From assembly GCF_009914755.1 (NCBI RefSeq), contig NC_060937.1: a DNA stretch of 64,000 bases; one strand, given 5' to 3'. A program made the translations under genes and the position numbers. Under the pieces are notes generated by a model that was given only the letters and a program-made list of their open reading frames with translations, was not told the origin of the DNA and did no database searches. The stretch is from the human T2T-CHM13v2.0 reference genome, Homo sapiens. Positions 17,340 to 33,505 of this stretch are shown one piece after another (within the stretch, counting starts at the first letter, position 1; the number at the start of each line of letters is the position of its first letter).

Positions 17340-17802
17340 TAAGGAAGGAGACCACCCCTCATATTGTCTTATGCCCAATTTCTGCCTCCAAAGAAAGAAG
17401 AAGTAAAAACTAAAAGGCAGAAATGAAATCCACAAGCAGACAGCCTGGCTCCATGCCCTGGGCCTGGTAGTTAAAGATCGACCCCTGACCTAATCGGTTA
17501 TGTTATCTATAGATTATAGACATTGTACAGAAAAGCACTGTGAAAATCCCTGTCCTGTTCTGCTGCAATCTAATTACCAGTGCACGCAGCCCCCAGTCAC
17601 GAACCCCTTGCTTGCTCAATTGATCATGACCCTCTCATGCGGACCCCCTTAGAGTTGTGAGCCCTTAAAAGGGACAGGAATTGCTCACTCAGGGAGCTCC
17701 GTTGTTGGAGACATGAGTCTTGCAGAAGCTCCTGGCTGAATAAAGCCCTTCCTTCTTTAACTCAGTGTCTGAAGGGTTTTGTCTGAGGCTTGTCCTGCTA
17801 CA
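17340..17802 (+). mobile_element. HERV-E LTR2 solo LTR
   Basis: Matches recalled LTR2 consensus: taaggaaggagaccacccctcatattgtcttatgccc...cttaaaagggacagg (TATA-like)...aataaa...tgtcctgctaca. Near-TSD ggtt/gctt. Confidence 0.85.
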
Positions 17803-18273
17803 GCTTGAGAATATTTTCATATGCTTATGGACCTGTTCACTTTTCTTTTCTGTTAAATATCTGTGATATGTTTTGCCCGTTTTTTTATTGCATTATCTTT
17901 TTCTTATTAACTCAAAAATGTCAGCTGTTCATCCTTTGTTGGTTAACTATCTTATGCATATTTAATCCCAGTTCATGGCTTGTTTTTTCTATCTTTCATG
18001 TCTTTTGATGAGCAGAAATTCTTAGTTTTAATGCTGTTGAACTTCCTCATTTTTTGCTTTATGGCTTGTGTTATGTTTGTTTATTTAAAAAAATCTTTCT
18101 TTACTTAGAAGTTATAAAGGTATTATTCTCAAAAAAGAAAAAAGAAAGAAAATAAACAACCCAATTCTTGGGAGATGGGGAGCGAAACAAAAGTTATTTT
18201 CCATATTACACTATGATAGTTTTACTCTTTCCAACTGAAATTGACTCAGTTGGAAACTGACTCATGTGTATGA

Positions 18274-18813
<540 letters not shown>

Positions 18814-18979
18814 TAATTACCAACTTCTCTAACTTTATAACGAATCTAGTAGGTTAAGTTCTTCTACTCTGTTCATTTTAAGAGTGTCTTGTCTATTCTT
18901 GGCCTTTGGCTTTGCTTTACAAAATTGAGAATTTGCTTTTTAAGTACATGGAAATTCCCACTAGTTTTCCATTTCATTA

Positions 18980-19120
18980 TGTAATCCAAAAAGTGACTGA
19001 GGCAGATCTCAATTGATTAGAGGTTTATTTTGCAAAGGGTGATGCCATGTCTGGGAGAAAGAAACACAAGTTACAGTGGGATCTGAATGACCTGTGGTTT
19101 TTCCAAAGAGCATTTTGGGA
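18980..19120 (-). mobile_element. MER4-group ERV1 LTR terminal fragment
   Basis: Starts with TG. tctcaattgattagaggtttattttgcaaagg is like MER4-type LTR 3' ends (reverse AATAAA at 19024-19029). Ends abruptly at the L1. Confidence 0.5.
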
Positions 19121-21735
19121 ACTTATTCCAGTCAATAGAAAAAGAGGGAACCCTCCCTAACTCATTTTGTGAGGCCAGCATCATCATCCTGATACCAAAG
19201 CCTGGCAGAGACACAACAAAAAAAGAGAATTTTAGACCAATATCCCTGATGAACATCAATGCAAAAATCCTCAATAAAATACTGGCAAACCAAATCCAGC
19301 AGCACATCAAAAAGCTTATCTACCACGATCAAGTGGGCTTCATCCCTGGGACGCAAGGCTGGTTCAACATATGCAAATCAATAAATGTAATCCATCATAT
19401 AAACAGAATCAATGACAAAAACAACATGATTCTCTCAATAGATGCAGGAAAGGCCTTTGACGAAATTCAACAGCCCTTCATGATAAAAACTTTCAATAAA
19501 TTAGGCATTGATAGGACGTATCTCAAAATAATAAGAGCTATTTATGACAAAGCCACAGCCGATATCATACTGAATGGACAAAAACTGGAAGCATTGCCCT
19601 TGAAAATTGGCACAAGACAGGGATGCCCTCTCTCACCACTCCTATTCAACATAGTGTTGGAAGTTCTGGCCAGGGCAATCAGGCAGGAGAAAGAAATAAA
19701 GGGTATTCAATTAGGAAAAGAGGAAGTCAAATTGTCCCTGTTTGCAGATGACATTATTGTATATTTAGAAAACCCCATCATCTCAGCCCAAAATCTCCTT
19801 AAGCTGATAAGCAACTTCAGCAAAGTCTCAGGATACAAAATCAATGTGCAAAAACCACAAGCGTTCCTATACACCAATAACAGACAAACAGAGAGCCAAA
19901 TCATGAGTGAACTCCCATTCGCAATTGCTTCAAAGAGAATAAAATACCTAGGAATCCAACTTACAAGGGATGTGAAGGACCTCTTCAAGGGGAACTACAA
20001 ACCACTGCTCAATGAAATAAAAGAGGATATAAATAAATGGAAGAACATTCCATGCTCATGGATAGGAAGAATCAATATGAAAATAGCCATATTGCCCAAG
20101 GTAATTTATAGATTCAATGCCATCCCCATCAAGCTACCAATGACTTTCTTCACAGAATTGGAAAAAACTACTTTAAAGTTCATATGGAACCAAAAAAGAG
20201 CCCACATTGCCAAGACAATCCTAAGCCAAAAGAACAAAGCTGGAGGCATCATGCTACCTGACTTCAAACTATACTACAAGGCTACAGTAACCAAAACAGC
20301 ATGGTACTGGTACCAAAATAGAGATATAGACCAATGGAACAGAACAGAGCCCTCAGAAATAATACCACACTTATACAACCATCTGATCTTTGACAAACCT
20401 GACAAAAACAAGAAATGGGGAAAAGATTCCCTATTTAATAAACGCTGCTGGGACAACAGGCTAGCCATATGTAGAAAGCTGAAACTGGATTCCTTCCTTA
20501 CACCTTACAGAAAAATTAATTCAAGATGGATTAAAGACTTAAATGTTAGACCTAAAATCATAAAAACCCTAGAAGAAAACATAGGCATTACCATTCAGGA
20601 CTTAGGCATGGGCAAGGACTTCATGTCTAAAACATCAAAAGCAAAGGCAACAAAAGCCAAAATTGACAAATGGGATCTAATTAAACTAAAGAGCTTCTGC
20701 ACAGCAAAAGAAACTATCATCAGAGTGAACAGGCAACCTACAGAATGGGAGAAAATTTTTGCAATCTACCCATCTGACAAAGGGCTAATACCCAGAATCT
20801 ACAAAGAACTTAAACAAATTTATAAGAAAAACTCAAACAACCCCATCAAAAAGTGGGCAAAGGATATGAACACACACTTCTCAAAAGAAGACATTTATGC
20901 AGCCAACAGACACATGAAAAAATGCTCATCATCACTGGCCATCAGAGAAAGGCAAATGAAAAATACAATGAGATACCATCTCACACCAGTTAGAATGGCG
21001 ATCATTAAAAAGTCAGGAAACAACAGGTGCTGGAGAGGATGTGGAGAAACAGGAACGCTTTTACACTGTTGGTGGGACTGTAAACTAGTACAACCATTGT
21101 GGAAGTCAGTGTGGTGGTTCCTCAAGGATCTAGAACTAGAAATACCGTTTGACCCCGCCATCCCATTACTGGGTATATACCCAAAGGATTGTATATCATG
21201 CTGCTATAAAGACACATGCACACATATGTTTATTGCACTACTATTCACAATAGCCAAGACTTGGAACCAACCCAAATGTCCAACAATGATAGACTGGATT
21301 AAGAAAATGTGGCACATATACACCATGGAATACTATGCAGCCATAAAAAAGATGAGTTCATGTCCTTTGTAGGGACATGGATGAAGCTGGAAATCAGCAT
21401 TCTCAGCAAACTATCACTAGGTCAAAAAACCAAACACCGCATGTTCTCACTCATAGGTGGGAATTGAACAATGAGAACACTTGGACACAGGGCGGGGAAC
21501 ATCACACACCATGGCCTGTCGTGGGATGGGGTGAAGGGGGAGGGATAGCATTAGGAGATATACCTAATGTAAATGACGAGTTAATGGGTGCAGTGCACCA
21601 ACATGGCACATGTATACATATGTAACAAACCTGCACGTTGTGCACATGTACCCTTAACTTGAAGTACAATAAAACAAACAATAAAATAAAATAAAATAAA
21701 ATAAAATAAAAAAGTTAAAACAAAAAACAAAAAAA
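19121..21735 (+). mobile_element. 5'-truncated L1PA (approx. L1PA4-6): ORF2 RT and C-terminal domains, 3'UTR, poly(A)
   Basis: ORF 19087-21372 translates to L1 ORF2p from LFQSIEKEG, including QGCPLSP, FADD and CWRGC..HCWWDC. G-rich 3'UTR and (TAAAA)n tail. Confidence 0.97.
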
Positions 21736-21868
21736 TTGAATAGAAACATAATTTCAGAATTTGTATTCAGTAATTTTGCTAAACCCTTATTAATTCTAAT
21801 AATTTATCTCTATATGTTTTATAGATTTGTCCTTTGACAATTATATCACTTGAAAATAACCAGTTTTG

Positions 21869-22164
21869 GGCCTGGCATGGTGGCTCATGCCTGTAATCCC
21901 AGCACTTTGGGAGGCTGAGGCGGGCAGATCACGAGGTCAGGAGTTTGAGACCAGCCTAACCAACATGGTGAAACCCCATCTCTACTAAAAATACAAAAAT
22001 TAGCTGGGCGTGGCGGTGTGCACCTGTAATCCCAGCTACTTGAGGGACTGAGGCGGGAGCATTGCCTGAACCCAGGAGGCGGAGGTTGTGGTGAGCTGAG
22101 ATTGTGCCATTGCACTCCAGCCTGGGCAATAAGAGCAAAACTCTGTCTCAAAAAAAAAAAAAAA
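21869..22164 (+). mobile_element. AluS
   Basis: Full Alu consensus. Confidence 0.9.
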
Positions 22165-22333
22165 CAGTTTTGTTTCTTCCTTTCTCAACCTTTTGTCTTT
22201 TATTTGGTTTTATCCTCTTACTTTCCTGGCTGAGTGCTTTGGTACAATGTTGAATAGAAGTGGTAATAATAGCCCATGTCCTTGTCATTTTCCTGATCTT
22301 ACAGGAAATACTCTCAGAATGTCACTAATAAGG

Positions 22334-22337
<4 letters not shown>

Positions 22338-22413
<76 letters not shown>

Positions 22414-22440
22414 CATATATATATATATATATAAATATAT
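22338..22440. repeat. (TA)n(CA)n(TA)n compound microsatellite
   Basis: Read directly from the sequence. Confidence 0.95.
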
Positions 22441-22739
22441 TTGTTGTTGTTATTGTTGAGATAGAGTTTTGCTGTGTTGCCAGGCTGGGGTGCAGTGGCA
22501 TCATCTCAACTCACTGAAACCTCTCCCTTCCAGAAGTGATTCTCCCACCTCAGCCTCTGGAGCAGCTGGGACTACAGGCGCGCGCCACCATGCCTGGCTA
22601 ATTTTTTTTTTTTTGTATTTTAGTAGAGACGGGGTTTCGCCATGTTGGCCAGGATGGTCTTGAACTCCTGATCTCGTGATCCGCCTGCCTCAGCCTCCTA
22701 AAGTGCTGGGATTACAGGCGTGAGCCACCACGCCTGGCC
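22441..22739 (-). mobile_element. AluSc-like
   Basis: Reverse Alu with (TTG)n tail. Confidence 0.85.
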
Positions 22740-23445
22740 AGTAAGAGTTATATTTTTAAATATTCTCTTTATGTAGTTGAGGCAGTTTTCTTGTATTCCT
22801 AGTTTGCCAAATACATTTTTTTTTAAACATGAAAATGTTGTGTCTTTCTTGCTTCTCAAGCAAACCATTGAGATAAGTTTCTCCTTTAATCCATTAACGT
22901 GGTAAATTGCATGAATTTATTTTCTGTTAAACTACCCTTGCATTCTTAGGACAAGCCCAAATTGGTCATAATGTATTTCCTTTTTTATAAGCTACCTTCT
23001 TTCATTCTCTCTCCCCAGGTCCCACCAGCGTTTTATCTATTCTATTAGTCTTTTCAAATAGTAAACTTTAGACCTTGTTGATTCTCTGTATTGTGTCTTT
23101 TCTTCCTATTTCATTGATTTCTGTTCTCATATTTAGTATCTTCTGTCTGCTTTGGGTTTAATCTATTGCCCTTTTTCTAATTTCTAAGAATGCACATTTA
23201 GCTAATAATTGTATTAAATTTCTTTTTTTCTAATATAAAGATGAGGTTTTAAAATTTACCTCCTTGTATCAATTGAGCATTAGGCCACAAGTTTGATATC
23301 TTATATTTATAAATGCTTACTTCTAAGTATTTCTTAATTTTTAGCCTGATTTTTTTGATTCATGAGTTATTTAGAAGGGGTTATTTAGAGTTATTTCCCA
23401 ACCGTGTTCTTTAAAATACATGTATTTATTTTGTTATTGGTTTCT

Positions 23446-23887
<442 letters not shown>

Positions 23888-23956
23888 TTGTTACTGATTT
23901 CTAACTTAGTTAAATTGTTCTAGAATATGTTTCAAATATTACTTTAATGTTTTTGA

Positions 23957-24322
<366 letters not shown>

Positions 24323-24774
24323 TAAGTTTATGATTGATTTTTAGTTAATTATGGTGTGTGGTTAAGGGATCAAAGCTTTTTTTTTTTTCCTACATGGGTA
24401 TAAACTGTTACGGCACCATTTATTGAAAAGGCTATCTTTTCTCTATTGAATGGCCTTAGTGCCTTTGTCAAAATTAGTTAACCGTACATGTGTGGATCTA
24501 TTTTTGGACTCTATTCTGTTTCAATGATCTATTTGTCTATTCATATGCCTACAACACACTGTTTGATTGGTAATGGTATCATAGGAAGGCTTGAAATCAA
24601 GTAGCATTAAGTCCTTCAATGTTGTTCTTTGGGAATCCAAATGCCTTGTTTTCAGTGTGGAGGTCTTATACCTCTTTCATTAATTTTTCCATAAATAGTA
24701 TGTGATTATGGTGCAATTATAAACAAATTTTATTAAAATTGAAATGCTCCTTGCCAGCTTTGATAAATCATATT

Positions 24775-25105
24775 TCTAGAAATGGCTACAATGTTTCCAG
24801 CTCTCACATTCTTCCAGAATCTTGTCATTGTCCCATCAAGAGATGGAGTCTATTTCCTTTCCCCTTGGCCTGACCAGGCCTTTGTGACGGCCTTAACAAA
24901 CAGGTGGTGGGGGCGATGCTGTGTGATTTCCAAGGCTAGGTTAGACTATGTGATACAGCTTCTGCCTGGCACTGTCTCTTGGGATGTCCACCCTTGGGAT
25001 GTGAGGCAGTCCAGGCAGAAAGGCCACAGGTAGGTATACCAGGTGACCACCTGACAGCCCCAGCTAAGGTTCCAGCTGTCAGCCAGCATCAAATGCCAGA
25101 CATGA
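24775..25105 (+). mobile_element. MLT1-type MaLR LTR fragment
   Basis: ccatcaagagatggagtctatttcc...gccttaacaaacagg motif typical of MLT1G/H. Confidence 0.5.
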
Positions 25106-25336
25106 TGTTAATGAATTAGTGAAATAATTTTGGGGGAGGGGGTCTGGGGCAACTGCCTCATTTGTTGTTAGGAAGACAGAGATTCAGAGTTCTAAATAGT
25201 TCTTCCAAGTCTCGTTTGGGACATTGCTCTCTAAAAACAATGTGTAAAATGAGAAGAATTATGAGAAGAGTTAAGAGTCATCAAAATGCATTTACAGAAT
25301 GCCTAATAAGAACCTCATAAAAGAATAAAGATTTCT

Positions 25337-25655
<319 letters not shown>

Positions 25656-25940
25656 TCATCTCCCTTCCCGGATCCTTTGCCCAATGCTGTCGGGGTGTCT
25701 CTTTTAGTTGTTAGTTTTTAGATAATAATCAAGAGAGAGGAAAGAGATCCTATGAAGATACTGGTCTGCGGACAGAGGGAAAGGAAAGGGATTAGGGGTG
25801 AGTACACAAATGGCTTTCAACAGGCCTATACTGCTTTGTTTCCTAAACAGGAGAACAGGTACAAGGATGATTGGTACATGCTTACGTATAATTTTTAACA
25901 TGCTACTTATATGCCATTTTCTTTTTAAAGTGTTTATGTA

Positions 25941-26231
25941 GACAGATGCGGTGGCTCATGTCTGTAATCCCAGCACTTGGGGAAGGTGAGGCAGGAGGAT
26001 GGTTTGAGTTCAGGAATTTGAGACCAGCCTGGGCAACATGGTGAAATCCTGTCTCTACAAAAAATACAAAAAGTAGCTGGGTGTGGTGGCACGTGCCTGT
26101 GGTCCCAGCTATTTGGGAGGCTAATGGAGGAGAATTGCTTGAGCCTAGGAGGTTGAGGCTTCAGTTAGCCATGTTCACACCAGTATACTCCATCCTGGGC
26201 AAAAGGGTGAGACTCTGTCTCAAATAAAAAA
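25941..26231 (+). mobile_element. AluJ
   Basis: Diverged Alu consensus. Confidence 0.85.
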
Positions 26232-27959
26232 GTGATAAAATGTTTACACATATATACATATATGTATACAGATATAAAAGGTAAAGACGCACACATAAGC
26301 ATTTTAAAAAGGAAATGGGGCTTTTTTAGTTTGAGGAAAAGAAGGGCTTAAGAGATGGCTTGAAGTCTTCGTTTGTATAAAAGAACTTCTTGAGAAGGAT
26401 GCCAACTGACTGTTTTCTAGGACCATGAAGACTAAAAAGGAAGGATAGGCTTAAGTTAAAATAGTAGAAATTTAAGATGTTCAGAGGACAAACTGCTTCA
26501 AAACACTAGTTCTTGAACACTGGAGTGGGCTGCCAAGAGAAGCGATCTGGCCTCTCCTTCCTTGGGAATCACCGGGAAAGGGAGAGGCAGCCTCTGTGCC
26601 GTCACAGCACTGGAGGGTCGGATCCTCTCCTGGGAGATCAGTCTGTCTTGGCTCAACTTATTGCATAAGGAGAGGGGCACACAGAATAATGAGAGGATGA
26701 CGACAGCTGCCTTTCAGGGAAAGAAAAAGAATTCTCCCTTTCCCTTCACTTCCTCCTCCAGGAGGAAAGGGCTGCTCTGGCTTAGTTAAGTTCAATGACA
26801 CTCATCGACCCACAGTGCTAGGGACTTGGTGTGGCTCCTACTGGGGGCTGCAGGCTGCCTTTCTACCTGTCTTGTGAACGCGTAGGGTCGTGGCTCTAAG
26901 AATTGAGGCAAACTCTCTTTGTTGAGGAGTTCTTGCTTTCACAGACAGAGCACATTTCCCTGACTGTCCTGGTTGCGGTGCCTTTTGCGTTTGCTGTTTC
27001 TCCTCACAGGCTTCTTTATCTCCTTTGGTTCTAACCTAGGCTGCCTCTGGCAAGGGTGAAAGGATGTCTCCAAGCCAAGCCTGGGTCACAGGGTGATCCA
27101 CATCGGCACTGGATTCTAAGCATAATAATAAATACTGTCCATTTGCTAGCTTTTGTCCTTTGTGCATATATTTCCCTTGAAGACCTCAGAGATGGGATTT
27201 AGGTCTGACTCTGGCCAATGCCAACCTACTAATCTCCCCAACATTCCAAGAGGCAGTCAGATCAGGGGAATTAACCAAGACATCAAAGAGACAACACAAG
27301 TTGCTGTGAAATATTCACCTACTGCTCCTTGCAGTCTATGCTGTGATCTTCAAGGTGCACCAACTGAGGTATATTTCACACACCTACAAAGCTGTCAGGG
27401 CAGTTTGGTTATTGGAAGATAAACATAGAAAGAGCAGCAACAACTCTGTTTCATGATGGGGCTGCACAAAGTCAGGGTGGGACATTTGGTCACTCTTCAG
27501 TGATCAAGGCAAATATTCTATATATAACATACTCTGCTTCTTAAAAATTAAAAATAACCTTTATCTACTCTTTCTATTCCCACCTAAGTCAGAGCAAAAA
27601 AACCCAAAATGTTTTCTATTTATCTTGAAGTTTGGGGATTGAAAAAAACCACATTTTCCTTTTAAGTTCCTTTCAATTCTGGTTAGGTCCTCAAGGTGTT
27701 ATCATAGACAGAAGATTTACTGAAGCATAGTGACAAGTTTTTGACAAATCCAGTCCTAGGATTAGCCCCAGCTTTAAGATTTATCCTCAGCAGCAATGAA
27801 GATCCACTGAGAAAACCTCTCCCACTCTGAAGCTTAGCTCAACAATTTAGAAAATTTTATTTTGATTCATCTTCCTGATAAAGATTCATTTCTTATCAGA
27901 AAAATTTTTTGAGGGCCCAGAAGAGACAGGTAAAGAATCCTACCTGAAGCTACATTTAG

Positions 27960-28721
<762 letters not shown>

Positions 28722-29045
28722 CTAGCACAGATTCTTTTTGCTGAACTCTGTACTACTCCTTGTCAGTCCCTAATGTTAATTTAGGTTAAAAGAAATGTAA
28801 TGCTCGCATCAGTAAAAGCAAGGTCAGACTTTCACCTGAACAGTTTTATTTTTGTTTTGTTCCGTTTTTACTCCGAGGTCAGAATGTCATCAGGCACAAT
28901 AAAGATAGCTTCTTATCTTCATGGGATTGTGCCCAGAAAGACCAAGCACAGTCTAAACATTACGCGATAAGAAAAAACAAAAAATAGATCAAGTGACCTT
29001 GGACAAGTCATCTTACCTCTCGATGGTTTTGTTTTATGAAAGAAG

Positions 29046-29097
29046 GTGTGTGTGTGTGTGTGTCGATGGGTGTGTGTGTGTGTGTGTGTGTGCGTGC
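29046..29097. repeat. (GT)n microsatellite upstream of the ATP8A2 promoter
   Basis: Read directly from the sequence. Confidence 0.95.
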
Positions 29098-29803
29098 GGG
29101 GGTTGAGAAGGTTGCTGTTAAGGTTCCCTAGGGCTACCTGCAGCTTTAATATGCGTAGTTAGAATGTCAGGCAGGTTGTGGAGAGTGGGGGGCTGGAGAC
29201 CCCCGACTTCTCTGAGTGCCAAGCCACACATCAGACACCTTGGAAATAACCCTTCCACGAAGTCCCTACACAGATCCCACCAGGCTGGGCACGGAAGAAC
29301 AGAAACTGCGAAAAGAAAGGGACTGGATGAGTCCTGGGGAATCACAGCGCCTCCACTTGCACAGGACAAGTGACAGGCAGGTAAATAGGTAGCAGACAGG
29401 CAGAGACTCCGAGTCCCCCAGGTGCACCCCTCTCCTGGAAGAGCCCCCGAAAGTACAGGCCCAATCTCCCACCCCACCAAGCCCTCCCCATCGCCTTCCC
29501 CGACACCTAAAAGCCCCGGTCCTGCGTAATATTGCGGATCCCTCCCAGCCTCCCGTCCGCTCCTCCTCCCGCGGGGCTCCGCTCAGGGCCGGTCCCCCGC
29601 CCCCACGCCGCAGCCCGGGCCAGCGGGGCCCGCCGCGGTGGCGTTCGCGGATGCTGCCGCATTGGCCGCTGCGGCACGGACGGCGCAGCCTCGGGCGCGG
29701 CCCGGCACAGGCGCCGGCGGTCCCCGCCAGCTAGCAGCCCGGCGAGGCGCTGGCCCACCCATGGTCCTCGGGCGGCGGCCCCTGCGCCCAGCCCTGCGCG
29801 TAG

Positions 29804-30400
<597 letters not shown>

Positions 30401-30494
30401 TGATTCTCACCACTTGGAGCCCCGGGTCCTCGCGCGCTCACCGCGGCGACGTACTGGCTCATAACCATCCGTGCATACAACCATCTGGAGACGA

Positions 30495-30566
30495 ACACAC
30501 ACACGCACACGCGCGCGCACACACACACACAGGTACACACACACGTACACACGCACGCGTACACAT
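30495..30566. repeat. (CA)/(CG) alternating purine-pyrimidine tract
   Basis: acacacacacgcacacgcgcgcgcacacac... Confidence 0.9.
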
Positions 30567-31500
30567 ACCCTGCCTGCAGGCGCCTGGGTGTTGGAACTCG
30601 AAACCTAAAGCCAAACACGCATGTACCATACCCGACCACTCACACTGTTAGAGGCCCGCGTTCTATGATTATAGAACACATTTAGAAACTATGATGTCGT
30701 GGAGCTGGATGTTATGTGGCTATGACACTTGATAGGGTTACCTAGACCATTAGTTAATGCAGACGTAAAGAGGAGCCCCAAAAATGATTTCTTACCGTTT
30801 CAGGACTGCGGCAAGTTTGCAGGTAGATCTTTGACATGAGGAAGGTAGAGGGTGTACAGTTTGGAGCTGGGGTCACTTGTCTTCGTGCTTTTTTATTTGT
30901 TTTGAGAAAATAGGCACATAAAAATAAGCGACTTTTGTATTTCTGTAGTTGAGTAACGTGAGAGGGAAGCAAGCTTATCAGGTAATTTAAGCCAATGTTT
31001 GTTAAACTTGGGTAAAGTCAGGACACTTTCACATTCATTTTGAGGAGAATCCCAGCCTGAAGGGGTCACGGGGTGCAGGGTCAAGACTAAATAGCAGGGA
31101 AGAGCTGTGGCAGAGAGACAGTGGGAGGGCGCAGTCATACAGGTGTGAGAATTTCCCAAGGTGGAGGCAGCCTGAGGAGACCTGGGGACACCCTCTGCAC
31201 CTTTGCAGGTGGGGCCAAAGGCATTTGCTTATGATTTGGATGTGGGGCTTCAGTACAAGAAAAGAATCAAAGATGCCCCCAAGGGTTTTGGTCTGAGACA
31301 CCGGAAGAATGCACCCCTTGCTGAGATGGGGAAACTGCGGAGGACCAGGGTTCTCTTTTGCGGTAAGGGAGGGTGTGAAGAATTTGGTCTGAAATGCCTA
31401 CCATAGATCCAAGAGGAGATGATTAGTAGAGAGCTGGATTTATGAGTCTGGGGCTCCGGGGAGTGTGCAAGGCCAGACATAGAGATTCAAGAGTCGTCGG

Positions 31501-31672
31501 CAGGACCGGCTCCAAGAGTGTATGCCCTGCAGCTGCTCAGAGTCTGGCTCTTACAAGAGTCAGCACTTGCTTGGATGTTCTGCCCAGTGTTGCTGTCTTG
31601 AAAGTCTTAATTTTTGAACAAGGGGCCCACCTTTTCATTTTACACGGGCCCCTAAGAATTATGTGATCAGCT
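31501..31672. mobile_element. MER91-like hAT-Tip100 fossil within an L2 remnant (~31100-32130)
   Basis: caggaccggctcc...tttttgaacaaggggccc...ttttcattttacacgggccc. Confidence 0.6.
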
Positions 31673-33026
31673 GTCAATGTGTACAGATGTGACTTAGAAA
31701 AGAGGGGTCCTTGGATAGAGTCCTGGGCACTCTAACATTTTGAGGTTAGGGAGATGAGGGTCAACAGAAGGGGCCTGAGAGGATGGCCAGGGAGGTCCCC
31801 GGAAACCCGGAGGGAGTGCTCTGAAACTCAGTGTGGAGATGTTCAGGAAGGGGTGGGGTGTACCTGTGCCCAGTGCTGCTGAGCTCAATAAAGATGAGGC
31901 TGGAGAACTGTCATGTAAGTGGAGGTCACTGGTGATCTTGAAAAGAGCTGTTAACATATCATTGTGGGGAAGAACGCCTAATAGAGCAGGTGTAAGAGTA
32001 ACAGGACAGGAACTGGAAACAGCAAGTCCGGAAAACTCTTTTGAGTGAATATTGCAGAAAAGGCAGGGGGAGAAGCAGATCGAGTGGTAGCTGGAGGAAA
32101 ATGTGAGTTCAAGAGAGGTCGCTTTGTTTTGAGACTGTTCTACAGTCTGACGGCATGAACATCAACGCAGGAAGCTTTTAGGGAGCAGGGGGGAAGGCAG
32201 TGATCTGAGAGTAACCGTGAGAAGCAGGGTCCTCCTGGCAGAGCAGTTAAGGCAAGAAGTTTCAGGAATAGTCAGAGGGGTCGGGTTGTGAGGGATCTTG
32301 CTGATGATAGGCTGAAAGTTCCAGGAGACAGAGTGGAGGCTCTGAGATGGGGCCTGTTTAGGGTATTTGCATAATGTATGGAGAAGAAAGAGGATCTGCA
32401 TAGTGTGGGCTCCTGGGGACACTGATGGAAACAGGGGCAGAGGGCCTGACAATCGTGTACTCCCATAAAAATACTAAACAAAGATGTGTGATTTTTAGTG
32501 AAGTCTGCTACTTCTCATTATTAAAAAATAAACTAATGATGAAAGGATTGCAGATCACAGTCAGCTTCAAGAGTATATGCTGAGCTGTATACTATTTTTA
32601 AAAATAATTCTGGAATATTTTCTTGTCTGAGCCATCTTTGACTCTTATCTTGTTCTGCATATTCAATTGCACTTTGATCAGTTTTAGCTTTCCCCAAATA
32701 TCTACTTGGTGCCAGTGTGTCTCATTTTACCAAATGATGAAAATCCAAAGATTTGTGACCATGGGGATCCTCTTGCCCGTATAGTGCTTACAGTCTGCTC
32801 AGGGTGGAGCCCCTTAGAATGGAAACAAAGTCAGTGACAAATATATATCAGTGCCTTCTATGTGCCCGGCATGGTTCTAGGTGCTAGAGACAGAGCAGGG
32901 AACACAGCAGTGTGTCTCACAGAGCTTATGGTCTAGGCAGTGACTACAGTGCACGTGGGAAGAGCTCTCAACTCTCTTCTCTCACCTTGACCCAGATGAG
33001 TAAGGAAATTAAGGGTGTACATGTGA

Positions 33027-33505
<479 letters not shown>

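Noticed and set aside
19087-21735. Reverse transcriptase as part of a retron/DGR-like or active L1 system
   Set aside because: It is ordinary L1 ORF2 lacking the 5'UTR, ORF1 and endonuclease, so it is not retrotransposition-competent. No associated ncRNA or template repeat was seen.
29667-29687. RE1/REST-like motif (cgctgcggcacggacggcgca), and a left half-site ttcagcacc at ~39586
   Set aside because: Only about 14/21 match with a broken left half; the other is an isolated half-site. Not supportable without ChIP data.
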